This document shows, piece by piece, positions 21,895 to 31,562 of a stretch of DNA of 64,000 bases; position 1 is the stretch's first letter; every line of letters starts with the position of its first letter. Made by a program: the position numbers and the translations under genes. Origin of the DNA: Chamaesiphon sp. (GTDB lineage: Bacteria > Cyanobacteriota > Cyanobacteriia > Cyanobacteriales > Chamaesiphonaceae); the NCBI GenBank assembly GCA_965246715.1, contig CBDFFH010000014.1, forward strand, positions 15,640-79,639, written 5' to 3'. A model generated the notes under the pieces. The model had not been told where the DNA came from and searched no databases. It saw only the letters and a list, made by a program, of their open reading frames with translations.

Positions 21895-23311
21895 CGATAT
21901 AATTATCCTCGATCGCGGCGATCGGCTCGTCAGCAACTTCACTACGATAAAAACTAGCGATAATGCCCACAACCAACCACCAGATGGTTTGAATTTGTGG
22001 TCGATACCATTCGGTATCGACCAAACCTTGACACATAATCCCGATCGCGGCGGCAAGTGCGGCAATCAGCCAAAAGACCTGCGGATCTCGATCTGCACGC
22101 AATCGCACTAAGCTTTGTACCCCGCAATTTATCGTCACCACCAGCAGCCACACAAAACAGGCAAACCCGACAAAGCCGATCTCCACGATCGTTTCCATAA
22201 ACACAGAATAGGCTCCCAAGGCACTGAAGCGGGGGCTAACTTGATAAATCGGGTAGATCTTCTTAAACACGCGATCGCCAGGCCCCCAGCCAAACAGCGG
22301 TCGCTCGTGAATCATGCGTTGCACCGCCGCCCAGACGTTAATCCGAAAATTATTGCTGCTATCTTTGCTGCCGCTAAAAATACTAAACACACGATCGTGC
22401 AAATTTGGAATCAACAGAATCGCCATACCGCTAATAACAAAGATACTTCCAAAGGCGATCGGCACCGCCCACGATCGCCAAAATTTGGGCAACAGTGGCC
22501 GCAACCAGTAATACACCATCCCGACAGTGACTAAGACCATTACCGCTAGCCCAATCCAAGCACCACGACAATACGTAGCTTGCAAGCACCAGAGATTTAC
22601 ACCCACCATTACTGCCGCGAGTGTTTTTGGCAGCCAGCCCCGCCACACAAACAAGGCGGCGATACTAAACGCGATCGCCGGGAGCAGATATCCCGCTAGT
22701 AGATTAGGGTTATTGAGATAACTATATGCGCGTGTCGTCTTGGAGAGCGTAGATTCAACGTCTACCCATGTTGCCAATTGCTTGGCTCCATAAATCGACT
22801 GATTGACCCCATATACACTGACAACCAGTGCCACATTTAAAAACACAGCAATCGACCAATTCCGAATTTTTGGCGATCGACACAATCGCGCCAACATCAC
22901 AAATAATAGTAGGTACTGACTCAGTAAACCCAAGCCCCGCACTGCTGCCTCTCGCGCTGGGGATAACCCAGTTGAAATTGCCGAAATTAGTAAAAATATG
23001 ATTACGGTGACATGAATTGGCGTAATGCCACCCCGGCGATCGTCTGCAAGCGTCAATAACACCCACAGAGCGGCGATGCCGACCATTAATGGCAGGAGTG
23101 TATCGTTTGGTAACGCTAGGGCTGGTAAAAAAGGAGACAATACAAAGACGGCTGAAGTTAGGATCGCCCCAATTTCGTCACCCCATTGGATCGACCAGCT
23201 CCGCTGCCGCCAAGACTGCAAACTACCCACCCAACGATGGCTGTAGCTAGATTCCATCCATCGATCGATCGACAGATCCGCTAATGTAAATCGTTGCCAA
23301 AAAGAGTACAT
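21887..23311 (-). CDS. ictB: IctB family protein (O-antigen ligase-like)
   Basis: QLATWVD..S, NPNLLAGYL, DSSNNFRINVW, DTEWYRP. Confidence 0.88.
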   Translation of the reverse strand: MYSFWQRFTLADLSIDRWMESSYSHRWVGSLQSWRQRSWSIQWGDEIGAILTSAVFVLSPFLPALALPNDTLLPLMVGIAALWVLLTLADDRRGGITPIHVTVIIFLLISAISTGLSPAREAAVRGLGLLSQYLLLFVMLARLCRSPKIRNWSIAVFLNVALVVSVYGVNQSIYGAKQLATWVDVESTLSKTTRAYSYLNNPNLLAGYLLPAIAFSIAALFVWRGWLPKTLAAVMVGVNLWCLQATYCRGAWIGLAVMVLVTVGMVYYWLRPLLPKFWRSWAVPIAFGSIFVISGMAILLIPNLHDRVFSIFSGSKDSSNNFRINVWAAVQRMIHERPLFGWGPGDRVFKKIYPIYQVSPRFSALGAYSVFMETIVEIGFVGFACFVWLLVVTINCGVQSLVRLRADRDPQVFWLIAALAAAIGIMCQGLVDTEWYRPQIQTIWWLVVGIIASFYRSEVADEPIAAIEDNYIDG

Positions 23312-23390
23312 CGGATAAATTATGAATTAAAAATTTATGAGTTATGAATGTATATTCATAGGCGATGGCATTATAAATTATGGATGAATC

Positions 23391-23699
23391 CTACCACTTC
23401 AACAAATTAAACTGTTCCATATCGACGGTATCGCGGTTGCGGTAGATCGACAAGACGATCGCTAGCCCTACCGCCGCCTCTGCTGCGGCGATCGCGATTA
23501 CAAAGATGGTAAATACTTGTCCTTTAATTTCGATCGGATCGATAAAGTTAGAAAAGCCCATCAGATTTAAATTGACGGCATTTAACATCAACTCGATCGA
23601 CATCAATACTCGCACTGCATTTCTACTCGTAATCAGTCCATAAATCCCGATACAGAATAGAGCAGCAGCTAAGATCAAAAAATACGGTAATTGCAACAT
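23391..23699 (-). CDS. ndhE: NDH-1 subunit E (NuoK)
   Basis: [28 protein letters not shown]. Confidence 0.97.
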   Translation of the reverse strand: MLQLPYFLILAAALFCIGIYGLITSRNAVRVLMSIELMLNAVNLNLMGFSNFIDPIEIKGQVFTIFVIAIAAAEAAVGLAIVLSIYRNRDTVDMEQFNLLKW

Positions 23700-23743
23700 A
23701 ATTTAGGTGTTTATTCTTTAGCTTCTACAAAACTAGCTACTAC

Positions 23744-24343
23744 TTATTTATTGTCGATTCCCGCCAATTCACGCGGACGTTCGGGCAGCGTGAGATTATT
23801 TTGTACTGAGGTTTGGCCGATAATTGCTTCAGGCATGAAGTCGCGACGAGCCAGCACGATCGCACCGATCATTGACATGAGTAACAACACCGAAGCTAAT
23901 TCAAACGGTAAGAGAAAATCAGTAAAGAAATGCTTGGCAATCGGCACGATCGAACTCGTCAGAGGTGTTGCTGTCGAAATCTCCCACGGAGTCACGATCG
24001 AGATCGCACTTAGCAGGGCAAATAACCCGATACAAACTAATACCGTCGAACCTTGACGAATCCAACCATTTTTTAAGGGCTTAAAGTCTTCTCGCTTGTT
24101 CACTAACATGATCGCAAATAGGATCAAGACGTTGACAGCACCGATATAAACTAAAATTTGAGCGGCGGAGACAAAATCAGCATTGAGCAGGATATAAATA
24201 CCTGCAATGCTAATAAATACGCCACCTAATAAAAAGGCCGAGTAAACAATGTTAGCAAACAGAACTACGCCAAGCGCAGATCCCAACATTAGGCAGGAAA
24301 GGATTCCAAATGTGACTAAGCGAACACCTTCAGCAATTTGCAT
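23744..24343 (-). CDS. ndhG: NDH-1 subunit G (NuoJ)
   Basis: AAQILVYIGAVNVLILFAIML, LLPFELASV. Confidence 0.97.
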   Translation of the reverse strand: MQIAEGVRLVTFGILSCLMLGSALGVVLFANIVYSAFLLGGVFISIAGIYILLNADFVSAAQILVYIGAVNVLILFAIMLVNKREDFKPLKNGWIRQGSTVLVCIGLFALLSAISIVTPWEISTATPLTSSIVPIAKHFFTDFLLPFELASVLLLMSMIGAIVLARRDFMPEAIIGQTSVQNNLTLPERPRELAGIDNK

Positions 24344-24431
24344 TTTTGTTAGTGGTTATTAATATTTCCCTACCAAGATTGGGGTAGGGGTGAATCGCCT
24401 CTCACTGGAGAGGCTAGGAGCGAACATCAGC

Positions 24432-24998
24432 TTATTTAGCATCGGTATTGCTGTTAGCACGTTGAGATCCAGCAGCCAGATCGTGAGGTTCCATCACACC
24501 TTTGGGGAGGTAAGCCAGCGTGCGTAGTGGGGTCACCATCGGATCGTCAGTAACTTTGTAAGGTAAGCGACCGAGGGCAACACTATCATAATTGAGTTCG
24601 TGGCGATCGAAGGTCGATAGCTCGTATTCTTCGGTCATCGACAGGCAGTTAGTGGGGCAATATTCTACACAATTCCCGCAAAAAATACACACGCCAAAGT
24701 CGATACTATAGCTATTGAGTTTCTTTTTCTTGGTAGCTTTGTCGAACTCATAGTCAACTACTGGCAAGTTGATCGGACAAACCCGCACGCAGACTTCACA
24801 TGAGATACATTTGTCAAATTCAAAATGAATCCGGCCTCGAAACCGTTCGGACGGCACCAATTTTTCATATGGATATTGCACGGTAATCGGACGACGCTGC
24901 ATATGGTCGAAGGTCACAGACAGCCCCTGACCGATATATTTTGCCGCCTGCACTGTTTCTTTGCCGTAATCGACGACTTGTTTGAGAAATTTCAGCAT
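24432..24998 (-). CDS. ndhI: NDH-1 subunit I
   Basis: Two CxxCxxCxxxCP 4Fe-4S motifs; TVQYPYE. Confidence 0.97.
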   Translation of the reverse strand: MLKFLKQVVDYGKETVQAAKYIGQGLSVTFDHMQRRPITVQYPYEKLVPSERFRGRIHFEFDKCISCEVCVRVCPINLPVVDYEFDKATKKKKLNSYSIDFGVCIFCGNCVEYCPTNCLSMTEEYELSTFDRHELNYDSVALGRLPYKVTDDPMVTPLRTLAYLPKGVMEPHDLAAGSQRANSNTDAK

Positions 24999-25076
24999 GA
25001 GGGAGTAATTTAGTGGCTAGTGAATTAGTTTTTACTATAACTCCCCTCCTGGAAGGGGTAGATACTGTCTTGAATG

Positions 25077-26048
25077 TCAAGGGGTGGCGAGCGAATAATT
25101 AGGGTCAAAGGGCTGTTGAGACTTTAAAATGCCAAAAGCCAAATGGACTAATTTACGCATGATGGCACCAATCGCCTGCATTTTAGCCTTGCCACGAGCG
25201 AGTAATCGTTCGCTGAAAGTTTTGAGCAGAGGATTATGACGCATCGAGACTACCGCAGGCATATAAAGAGCTTTGCGGAGTCGAGAATTACCAGTACAAG
25301 ACAACCGAGTTTTGCCATGAACGCTGGTGCCACTAGATCGCTCAGATGGAGTTAAACCCGCATGGGCAGCTAATTGACGAGCATTCTGGTAATCTTCGAT
25401 CCGACCGATTTCTGCCAACAAGACAGCCGCAGTCTGTGCGCCAATTCCAGGAATTGAGACCAACAGATCTCGCTGTTGTTTTAACTGTGGATGTTTGTCG
25501 AAATGGTCGCTAATTAATTGTTTAATTAGGGCTTGCTGTTCCTGGAGATAGGTCAGATGAGATTGAGTGAGTTCAGCTACTTTGGTGGTGGCTGTTTCCA
25601 CGCGATTGTGTTCGGCTGTGACCATGTCCTGAAGAGAATCTAATCGCCGGACCAGGGCTTGTAGTTCTTTGATTTCAGGGGCTGTTGGTTTCCACAGTTC
25701 TGGTTTAATTGCTGCACAAAAACGGGCAATCAATGCTGCATCAACTGAATCAGTTTTCGTCCGTAATAGTTCGCCCTTGGCAAACCCTTGAATTCGGGCT
25801 GGATTGACGACACTAACGGCAAAGCTGGCTGAGTAGAGGAATTCGGCTAAAGCGTCTCCATAGATGCTGGTCGCTTCCAGACAGGCGTGCATTTGGTCGA
25901 TCCCTTTTTGTTTGAGCCACTGCTGCAAACTCTCAAACCCTTGCAGATCGTTGGTGAATTTTTTGGATTTTGTTCTCGTCTCTCCCATGATTAGTACTAC
26001 ATGAAAGTCTTTTTTGCTGATGTCTATCCCTAAAAAATTAACTGTCAT
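25077..26048 (-). CDS. IS110-family DEDD recombinase/transposase
   Basis: GIDISK, CLEAT, KTDSVDA (DEDD), SIPGIG, RSSG catalytic Ser, GNSRLRKALY; AGGAG RBS; intact 323 aa. Confidence 0.96.
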   Translation of the reverse strand: MTVNFLGIDISKKDFHVVLIMGETRTKSKKFTNDLQGFESLQQWLKQKGIDQMHACLEATSIYGDALAEFLYSASFAVSVVNPARIQGFAKGELLRTKTDSVDAALIARFCAAIKPELWKPTAPEIKELQALVRRLDSLQDMVTAEHNRVETATTKVAELTQSHLTYLQEQQALIKQLISDHFDKHPQLKQQRDLLVSIPGIGAQTAAVLLAEIGRIEDYQNARQLAAHAGLTPSERSSGTSVHGKTRLSCTGNSRLRKALYMPAVVSMRHNPLLKTFSERLLARGKAKMQAIGAIMRKLVHLAFGILKSQQPFDPNYSLATP

Positions 26049-26084
26049 TAACTGCTTACTCCACTCCTAACTATGCTCAAAGAA

Positions 26085-26408
26085 CTTGACAGACTGTTTA
26101 ACTAACCTTGTGATTGCAGGCTTTTCGGTAAATCGATTGCCTAAGATACTGTCCAGCTTTAGGTGTGTCTGTCATCAGTTGTGGGAGCTTATCTACGCAG
26201 CAGACTAACAATGTTGTCTAAGGGGCGGGCCAGCTTCACCGATTACTGATGTCCTCACTCTCACTTTCTCGCATCTGGCGATCGATCTCTGAAACTGTTA
26301 TGGTTTCTTTACGCCGATCGATTTATTCCTCTGACTCCCTTGGTTTGTGTCGATCTCTTTGAACTACGTTTGTTCTAAGCATTGTCTATATCGATCGATT
26401 ACCTACCT
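26085..26408 (-). ncRNA. predicted bridge RNA (guide-bearing core about 26085-26255; 5' end inferred)
   Basis: Target guides CCCGCCCCT (26221-29) and GCGTAG (26193-98); donor guides ACAGTATCT (26144-52) and ACAAG (26107-11); each pair flanks an internal stem. Confidence 0.8.
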
Positions 26409-26414
26409 CTCTTT

Positions 26415-26420
26415 AAGATA
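26415..26420 (-). promoter_or_regulatory. -10 half (TATCTT) of the IS110 circle-junction promoter; -35 TTGACA at 25075-25080
   Basis: Joining the ends gives TTGACA-17 nt-TATCTT directed at the bridge RNA. Confidence 0.75.
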
Positions 26421-26439
26421 CAAGGGGTGGGTTCCAAAA

Positions 26440-27558
26440 TTATCCCCCAAAAGCAGTTGGGAAGGCTAATTTGAGCGCAGCAGTGAGCAGTAGATTGGCT
26501 AAGGCGACGGGGAGTAAAAATTTCCAACCAAGATCGAGCAATTGGTCGATCCGCACGCGGGGAACAGTCCAACGGGTCAGAATGGCGAGGAAGACCAAGA
26601 AATATGCTTTCAGGACGGTCATCGCAATCCCTAACGAGGCATCGACTACTTGTACCCACGAAGTGGCAGGATCGACATGGAATAAATTACTAATTAACTC
26701 GATCGGAATCGGACTCGACCAACCACCTAGATAGAGAACCGCAACTAAGAGTGCAGATAATACTAGGTTAACGTAGGAACCCACGTAGAACAGCGCAAAT
26801 TTCATTCCGGCATATTCAGTTTGATAGCCCGCTACCAACTCTTCCTCAGCCTCTGGGAGGTCGAAGGGCAGTCGTTCGCACTCAGCCAAAGCTGAAATCC
26901 AGAAAATCACAAAGCCAACTGGTTGTCGCCAGATATTCCAAGATAAAATTCCATAGCCCGACTGTTGCTGGACGATATCGATCGTACTCAGACTATTGGA
27001 CATCATCACGATCGCCAGTACCGACAACGCTAACGGGATCTCGTAACTGATCGACTGAGCCGCAGCGCGCAATCCACCGATCAGCGAATATTTATTATTT
27101 GATGAATACCCCGCCATCAACAACCCGATCGGCACGATACTAGATAAGGCAATCCATAAAAATACTCCGGTATTGATATCGGTAATCACCAAATCCTGAC
27201 CGAATGGCACGATCAGATATGAGAGAAATACTGGCATCACGACCAAAACTGGCCCCATCGTGAAGAGATAGGGGTCAGCCTTGGCTGGCAAAATATCTTC
27301 TTTAAACACGAGCTTGAGACCGTCAGCAACTGGTTGCAGTACTCCCAAAGGCCCGGCATATTCAGGGCCGATCCGTTGTTGGGCAGCAGCAGAGATTTTG
27401 CGTTCTAACCAAACATTGACCAGTACGCCTACCGTAGCACCGACGATCGTCAGTAGCATCGGAAACGGCATCCACAGCACTTTTGCTAGTTCCGCTGAGA
27501 TCCCGAGGTCACTGAGGGATTGGATAAAAGTTCCTTGGAGATCGATACCTGAATTCAT
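26440..27558 (-). CDS. ndhA: NDH-1 subunit A (NuoH)
   Basis: [29 protein letters not shown]. Confidence 0.97.
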   Translation of the reverse strand: MNSGIDLQGTFIQSLSDLGISAELAKVLWMPFPMLLTIVGATVGVLVNVWLERKISAAAQQRIGPEYAGPLGVLQPVADGLKLVFKEDILPAKADPYLFTMGPVLVVMPVFLSYLIVPFGQDLVITDINTGVFLWIALSSIVPIGLLMAGYSSNNKYSLIGGLRAAAQSISYEIPLALSVLAIVMMSNSLSTIDIVQQQSGYGILSWNIWRQPVGFVIFWISALAECERLPFDLPEAEEELVAGYQTEYAGMKFALFYVGSYVNLVLSALLVAVLYLGGWSSPIPIELISNLFHVDPATSWVQVVDASLGIAMTVLKAYFLVFLAILTRWTVPRVRIDQLLDLGWKFLLPVALANLLLTAALKLAFPTAFGG

Positions 27559-27927
27559 ATGTCCCTTGGCTCTAGTTACGACAGCAACAGTTTATCTACG
27601 CGGTTGGCTCGGTTTTGGCGAACGGCAATTGCCACCGAGATAAATAAATTTAGTGCGGTTTTCTTTGCCTAGTATATCGCGGCATCGGTATCTGGCGATC
27701 GCCTTACCATTTGGCGGGCAATCTCAAACTTGCGATCTTAGAGACGATCCGTTCCAGCCCACATTCCGCTAGTCTAAGCGATCGAAAAACAATTAAAACG
27801 CAGCCATAGGATCGTAGCGATTTTATTCTCAACAATCTAAGACTATTGAGAATGTCTCTACAAATCTAGTTTGTCTTTATACTTTTAACAGTTGCTTAGT
27901 AAGCGAAATTCAAAGTGGATAATTTCC

Positions 27928-28830
27928 CTAGTTACTGGCAGATATTTGTTGAGCATAAATATCGTGCGGCTCGATCCCAACTTGGTGAAGATGCCGATGA
28001 ACCATTTGCAACCGTTGCTCCGCGATCGTCGCACGTTGTTCCGCGAGAACGTACTTTTCTTCTAGTTCTGTAGCTAGTTTAATTTGAGTTTGTAACTTAT
28101 GCTCCAATTCTTTAATAATCTTCCAAGCCTGTGCTGCATCGATCGTGGACTGTTTTTGTTGAATTTTCTTGGCTAAATTTGCCGAAGATAGGTGTGAATT
28201 GAAATCGGCAATCGTTGCTGAATTTTTCTCTGACACTGCTGGGATAAATCCGACTTCAGTTTTGGTACTAGTAAGTACGGTAGAATTCTCCTGCATGATT
28301 TGAGCCAGCCAGAGTACTTTACTAGCTCGCTGGAGTACTAGTTGTCCGGCAATTGTTTTAATCGTGAAAGTACCAGCATTGACAGTAATATTTTGAACTG
28401 GATACCAACTTCCTTTGAAGTTGACCAAAATATCCATGTTAAACCGCTGTTTATTTTGGAATCTTTCGGTAGGCCACCATTTCTTCCATAAAATTGATGG
28501 GTCGGTATACCAAATCCGATAGCCAGCAGGTGTCACATAATGTTTGTATTCGGTAAAACCTTCACGACTAGCATCACCAAACATCACGAAATCTAACTCG
28601 ATTGCAATCCGCTCGATGATTTCCGCGAAGGTAGAGGTTTTTTTGACAATTATGTTTCTCGGCTTATTTTGGAGATACATAATCGCGATCGTGTCCCCGT
28701 TTCGCGTCATCAATTGCGACACCCCGCCAGTTACTTCGATCCGCAGGTGCTCGCTCGCTAGCAGTCGATCGCTACCTTGGACAAACTTTTCAATAAGTTT
28801 GTTATCATCAAGTTCAAAAATATTAGACAT
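27928..28830 (-). CDS. hypothetical protein with C-terminal coiled coil
   Basis: Long ORF; start uncertain (28830, 28851 or 28935). Confidence 0.7.
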   Translation of the reverse strand: MSNIFELDDNKLIEKFVQGSDRLLASEHLRIEVTGGVSQLMTRNGDTIAIMYLQNKPRNIIVKKTSTFAEIIERIAIELDFVMFGDASREGFTEYKHYVTPAGYRIWYTDPSILWKKWWPTERFQNKQRFNMDILVNFKGSWYPVQNITVNAGTFTIKTIAGQLVLQRASKVLWLAQIMQENSTVLTSTKTEVGFIPAVSEKNSATIADFNSHLSSANLAKKIQQKQSTIDAAQAWKIIKELEHKLQTQIKLATELEEKYVLAEQRATIAEQRLQMVHRHLHQVGIEPHDIYAQQISASN

Positions 28831-29341
28831 CTGCGATCGCTCACCAATCATATTAGTTAATGTGTTAAAGCTATAGAAATAAATAGTTTGAATGTTCGGC
28901 TCGTAAGGATCGCTCGATAAAAATCTAAATAACAACGCAATGATTTACTTATTATCGATTAAAGTAGCGACCGTTTTAGATTTGGTGATGGCGATGCGAT
29001 CGAGATCGCTAAACTAGTACGATCTGGTACGGCAATCGTCATTGTGTAAATCGATCGTACTCGAGGATCGATTCGATTCGTATCCGACAAAAGTATTAAA
29101 TTACACTCGAGAAATCTACCTTTGTCCGTATGAATGGATGGCGGCAATAAATGTGTGATTTACTGTTGCCATCTTTCATCTTGCTAAGGTATGTAGTTAC
29201 CCAAGCGAGTTTTCTAGAATCATAGCAAATTGTGCAATGAAATCTCGTTAGCGATGCTCATCCAGATCGGATATACCAACAGGATTAAATTATAATAGCG
29301 GCAACGCTCGATCTATCGCTCATTTCTATCTAATCGCTAAT

Positions 29342-29647
29342 ATGATTCCTGGTGAAATTCTGACCCAAGCTGGCGAAATCGAACTAAATATCGGTCGCCC
29401 AACGCTGACACTCGCAGTCGCAAATACTGGAGATCGACCGATTCAAGTTGGTTCCCATTATCACTTCTATGAAGTTAATGCTGCATTGAACTTCGATCGC
29501 GCAGCGACTAGAGGGATGCGACTGGACATCCCCGCTGGCACTGCTGTCAGATTCGAGCCAGGAGATGAGAAAGAAGTCCAGCTAGTCGCTGTTGCTGGCA
29601 GCCGCGAAATCTACGGTTTTAATGCCCGAGTCGAGGGTAAGCTCTAG
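29342..29647 (+). CDS. ureB: urease subunit beta
   Basis: [32 protein letters not shown]. Confidence 0.96.
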   Translation: MIPGEILTQAGEIELNIGRPTLTLAVANTGDRPIQVGSHYHFYEVNAALNFDRAATRGMRLDIPAGTAVRFEPGDEKEVQLVAVAGSREIYGFNARVEGKL

Positions 29648-29672
29648 GATCGTGTGCCGGAGAGGTAAATGA

Positions 29673-30037
29673 ACGTCAGTTCGGGATAAGGACTTCAGAT
29701 TAACGACTCCTGGCTTCGTTTCGGAACCGCACCCAATCCACGAACCCCACCCACAGATCGATTCCCATTGCGAAGCTAATGCGAAGCGCGCTACGCTGCC
29801 AACAGATCGACCCTTGTGCAGGGGAGTTTGAGGGGCGGCACCCGGAAGCTTCGCATCCTGCTCCTCAACGGGGGGTCTGGGGGTCGGAGCGGTGCGCACT
29901 CGTCGGGTCTCCCGACGTAAAAAGCGCAACAAGACAACCCCCAGGACCAGGTTCTGCCCCCATCAGTAAAACTCGCAGCCCACAAATATATACCGCTTGC
30001 TGCTTCGCTTTGAACAGATCTTATCCCGAACTCACGT
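29673..30037. mobile_element. IS982-type MITE with 7-bp TSD
   Basis: TIRs acgtcagttcgggataag / cttatcccgaactcacgt; TAAATGA at 29666-72 and 30038-44; family assignment from memory. Confidence 0.85.
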
Positions 30038-30046
30038 TAAATGACA

Positions 30047-30526
30047 TTAATTACGCTCCACAAAGGCAAACTCGATCCCTCGCGCCTCGACATCGGCAAG
30101 AATGCGATCGTATGCCTCTAAATCCCACAACGCCCACTCAACCTTAGCTTCAGCAGATGCACCCGCTAAAATGTGTGGATTGGTAGCCAGAAATTCCTTC
30201 AGGCTGTGGATTGTTTGCCTTGCCACCGTCGGCTCATGCCAGCGTGGCTGTTCTTTGAGAATGGAAATTTCGGCTCGCATCGCAGAAGCTAGTACTGCAT
30301 TTGCTTCAGCCTCAGCTTCTTTGAGCAGTTTCGTGTAACCTTGCGGATCTTTGTAAATGAAGCGATCGATTCCAGTTACACCTAATTTTTGGGCGATTCG
30401 ATCGAGCTGGTTTAATAATAGCGGTACTGTCGAACCATAAACCAGTCCATCTTTGCGATCGCCCATTGTTGCTGGGAGTGGAGCGATGCCGCCGTGTTTG
30501 AGTTCGATTGTCAGCCAGTATGCCAT
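30047..30526 (-). CDS. hypothetical protein
   Basis: 159-aa ORF with ATG, no motif recognised. Confidence 0.65.
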   Translation of the reverse strand: MAYWLTIELKHGGIAPLPATMGDRKDGLVYGSTVPLLLNQLDRIAQKLGVTGIDRFIYKDPQGYTKLLKEAEAEANAVLASAMRAEISILKEQPRWHEPTVARQTIHSLKEFLATNPHILAGASAEAKVEWALWDLEAYDRILADVEARGIEFAFVERN

Positions 30527-30776
30527 GAAATTCCCTATCTATCACCGTAAGACTAGAGTACCCATCCGAATTCTCAAAAATCAGTTTTGGTAATTTAGGC
30601 AGTATGGAGATCGAGATCGATAAGATTTGCTAATTAATGGAACAGGATGCTGCTCGATCTCATCGAGGCAAGTGTACCGATCGAGTACCAGAATTCCATT
30701 TAAGTAGATTTAAAAGAGTTAAGGGATGAAACTGCAGTTTCATCCCTTTTTTCCACTCGATCGAGCTAATGTGGAT

Positions 30777-31481
30777 TTATTCGCTAACGACTTTGACACT
30801 AGTGCCAACTTTAACCAATTGGTACAACGCTTTGACATCTCGATTGTACATCCGCACACAACCATGAGAGGCGGCGGTGCCGATCGATTTGAGATTTGGC
30901 GTACCATGAAAACCGATAACATCTTGCCCATCAGTCCAAAACCCAATCCACCGCGCCCCGAGAATATTTTCGGCTCTGGGCGAGAAGACTTGTCCGGTTT
31001 TAAAACTAGTCCAAGATGGATTTTTGATTTTTTCTAATACTTGCCATTCGCCTGTCGGAGTTTCCCAACCCTTTTTACCGATCGCGACTGGATATTTAGC
31101 AATCAGTTTATCGCCCTTATAGACATAAACTCGCTTGTCTTTGAGATTGATTGTGAGATTGACAACCGTTTCAACTGGCTCCTGAGTGGGATTAACCGTA
31201 GAAACCGGGGGTTTGGCTGGCAGCTGTTTAGGGGTAGTGGGGAGTGGCGTAGTTCCAGGTGCTGGCTTGACTCCTGTTGGCATACCCTGAGCTGGCGCAA
31301 CTGGTTGTCTGTTTGTGTCTGGAGTTGCTAGCTTGACGGTACTTGGCGGGGAATTGAGTTGCGATCGGCGGATGGGTGTTGATGCCCGAGCGTTGAGCTG
31401 GGTTGGTATTGTCACTAGTACAGTTACCAGCACCAATGCAGCTTTAAAAGATAAAAATTTTGCAGGTTGAGACATTGTCAA
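30777..31481 (-). CDS. L,D-transpeptidase (YkuD)
   Basis: YPVAIG..TPTG, GFHGT...SHGCVRM; signal peptide and Pro-rich linker. Confidence 0.92.
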   Translation of the reverse strand: MTMSQPAKFLSFKAALVLVTVLVTIPTQLNARASTPIRRSQLNSPPSTVKLATPDTNRQPVAPAQGMPTGVKPAPGTTPLPTTPKQLPAKPPVSTVNPTQEPVETVVNLTINLKDKRVYVYKGDKLIAKYPVAIGKKGWETPTGEWQVLEKIKNPSWTSFKTGQVFSPRAENILGARWIGFWTDGQDVIGFHGTPNLKSIGTAASHGCVRMYNRDVKALYQLVKVGTSVKVVSE

Positions 31482-31562
31482 ACTCGATCGACCTTAATAT
31501 TGAGTTGTGGTGATATGGATAGTCAAAGATATTTTACCCATCGCAGTTGCGATTTCCGGCAC

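Larger units (their letters stand above)
25060..26424 (-). mobile_element. complete IS110-family (IS621-like) element
   Basis: CT core at both junctions (25060-61, 26423-24); ends join to ACAGTAT-CT-TGTAT; removal restores the repeat ACCCACCC-CT-ACCCCTTCCAGGAGGGG. Confidence 0.92.

Noticed and set aside
25078..26430. 10-bp direct repeat CAAGGGGTGG at both sides of the IS110 gene as a TSD
   Set aside because: One copy lies inside the recombinase's last codons; the CT-core ends explain the donor, promoter and empty site, and IS110 elements do not make such TSDs
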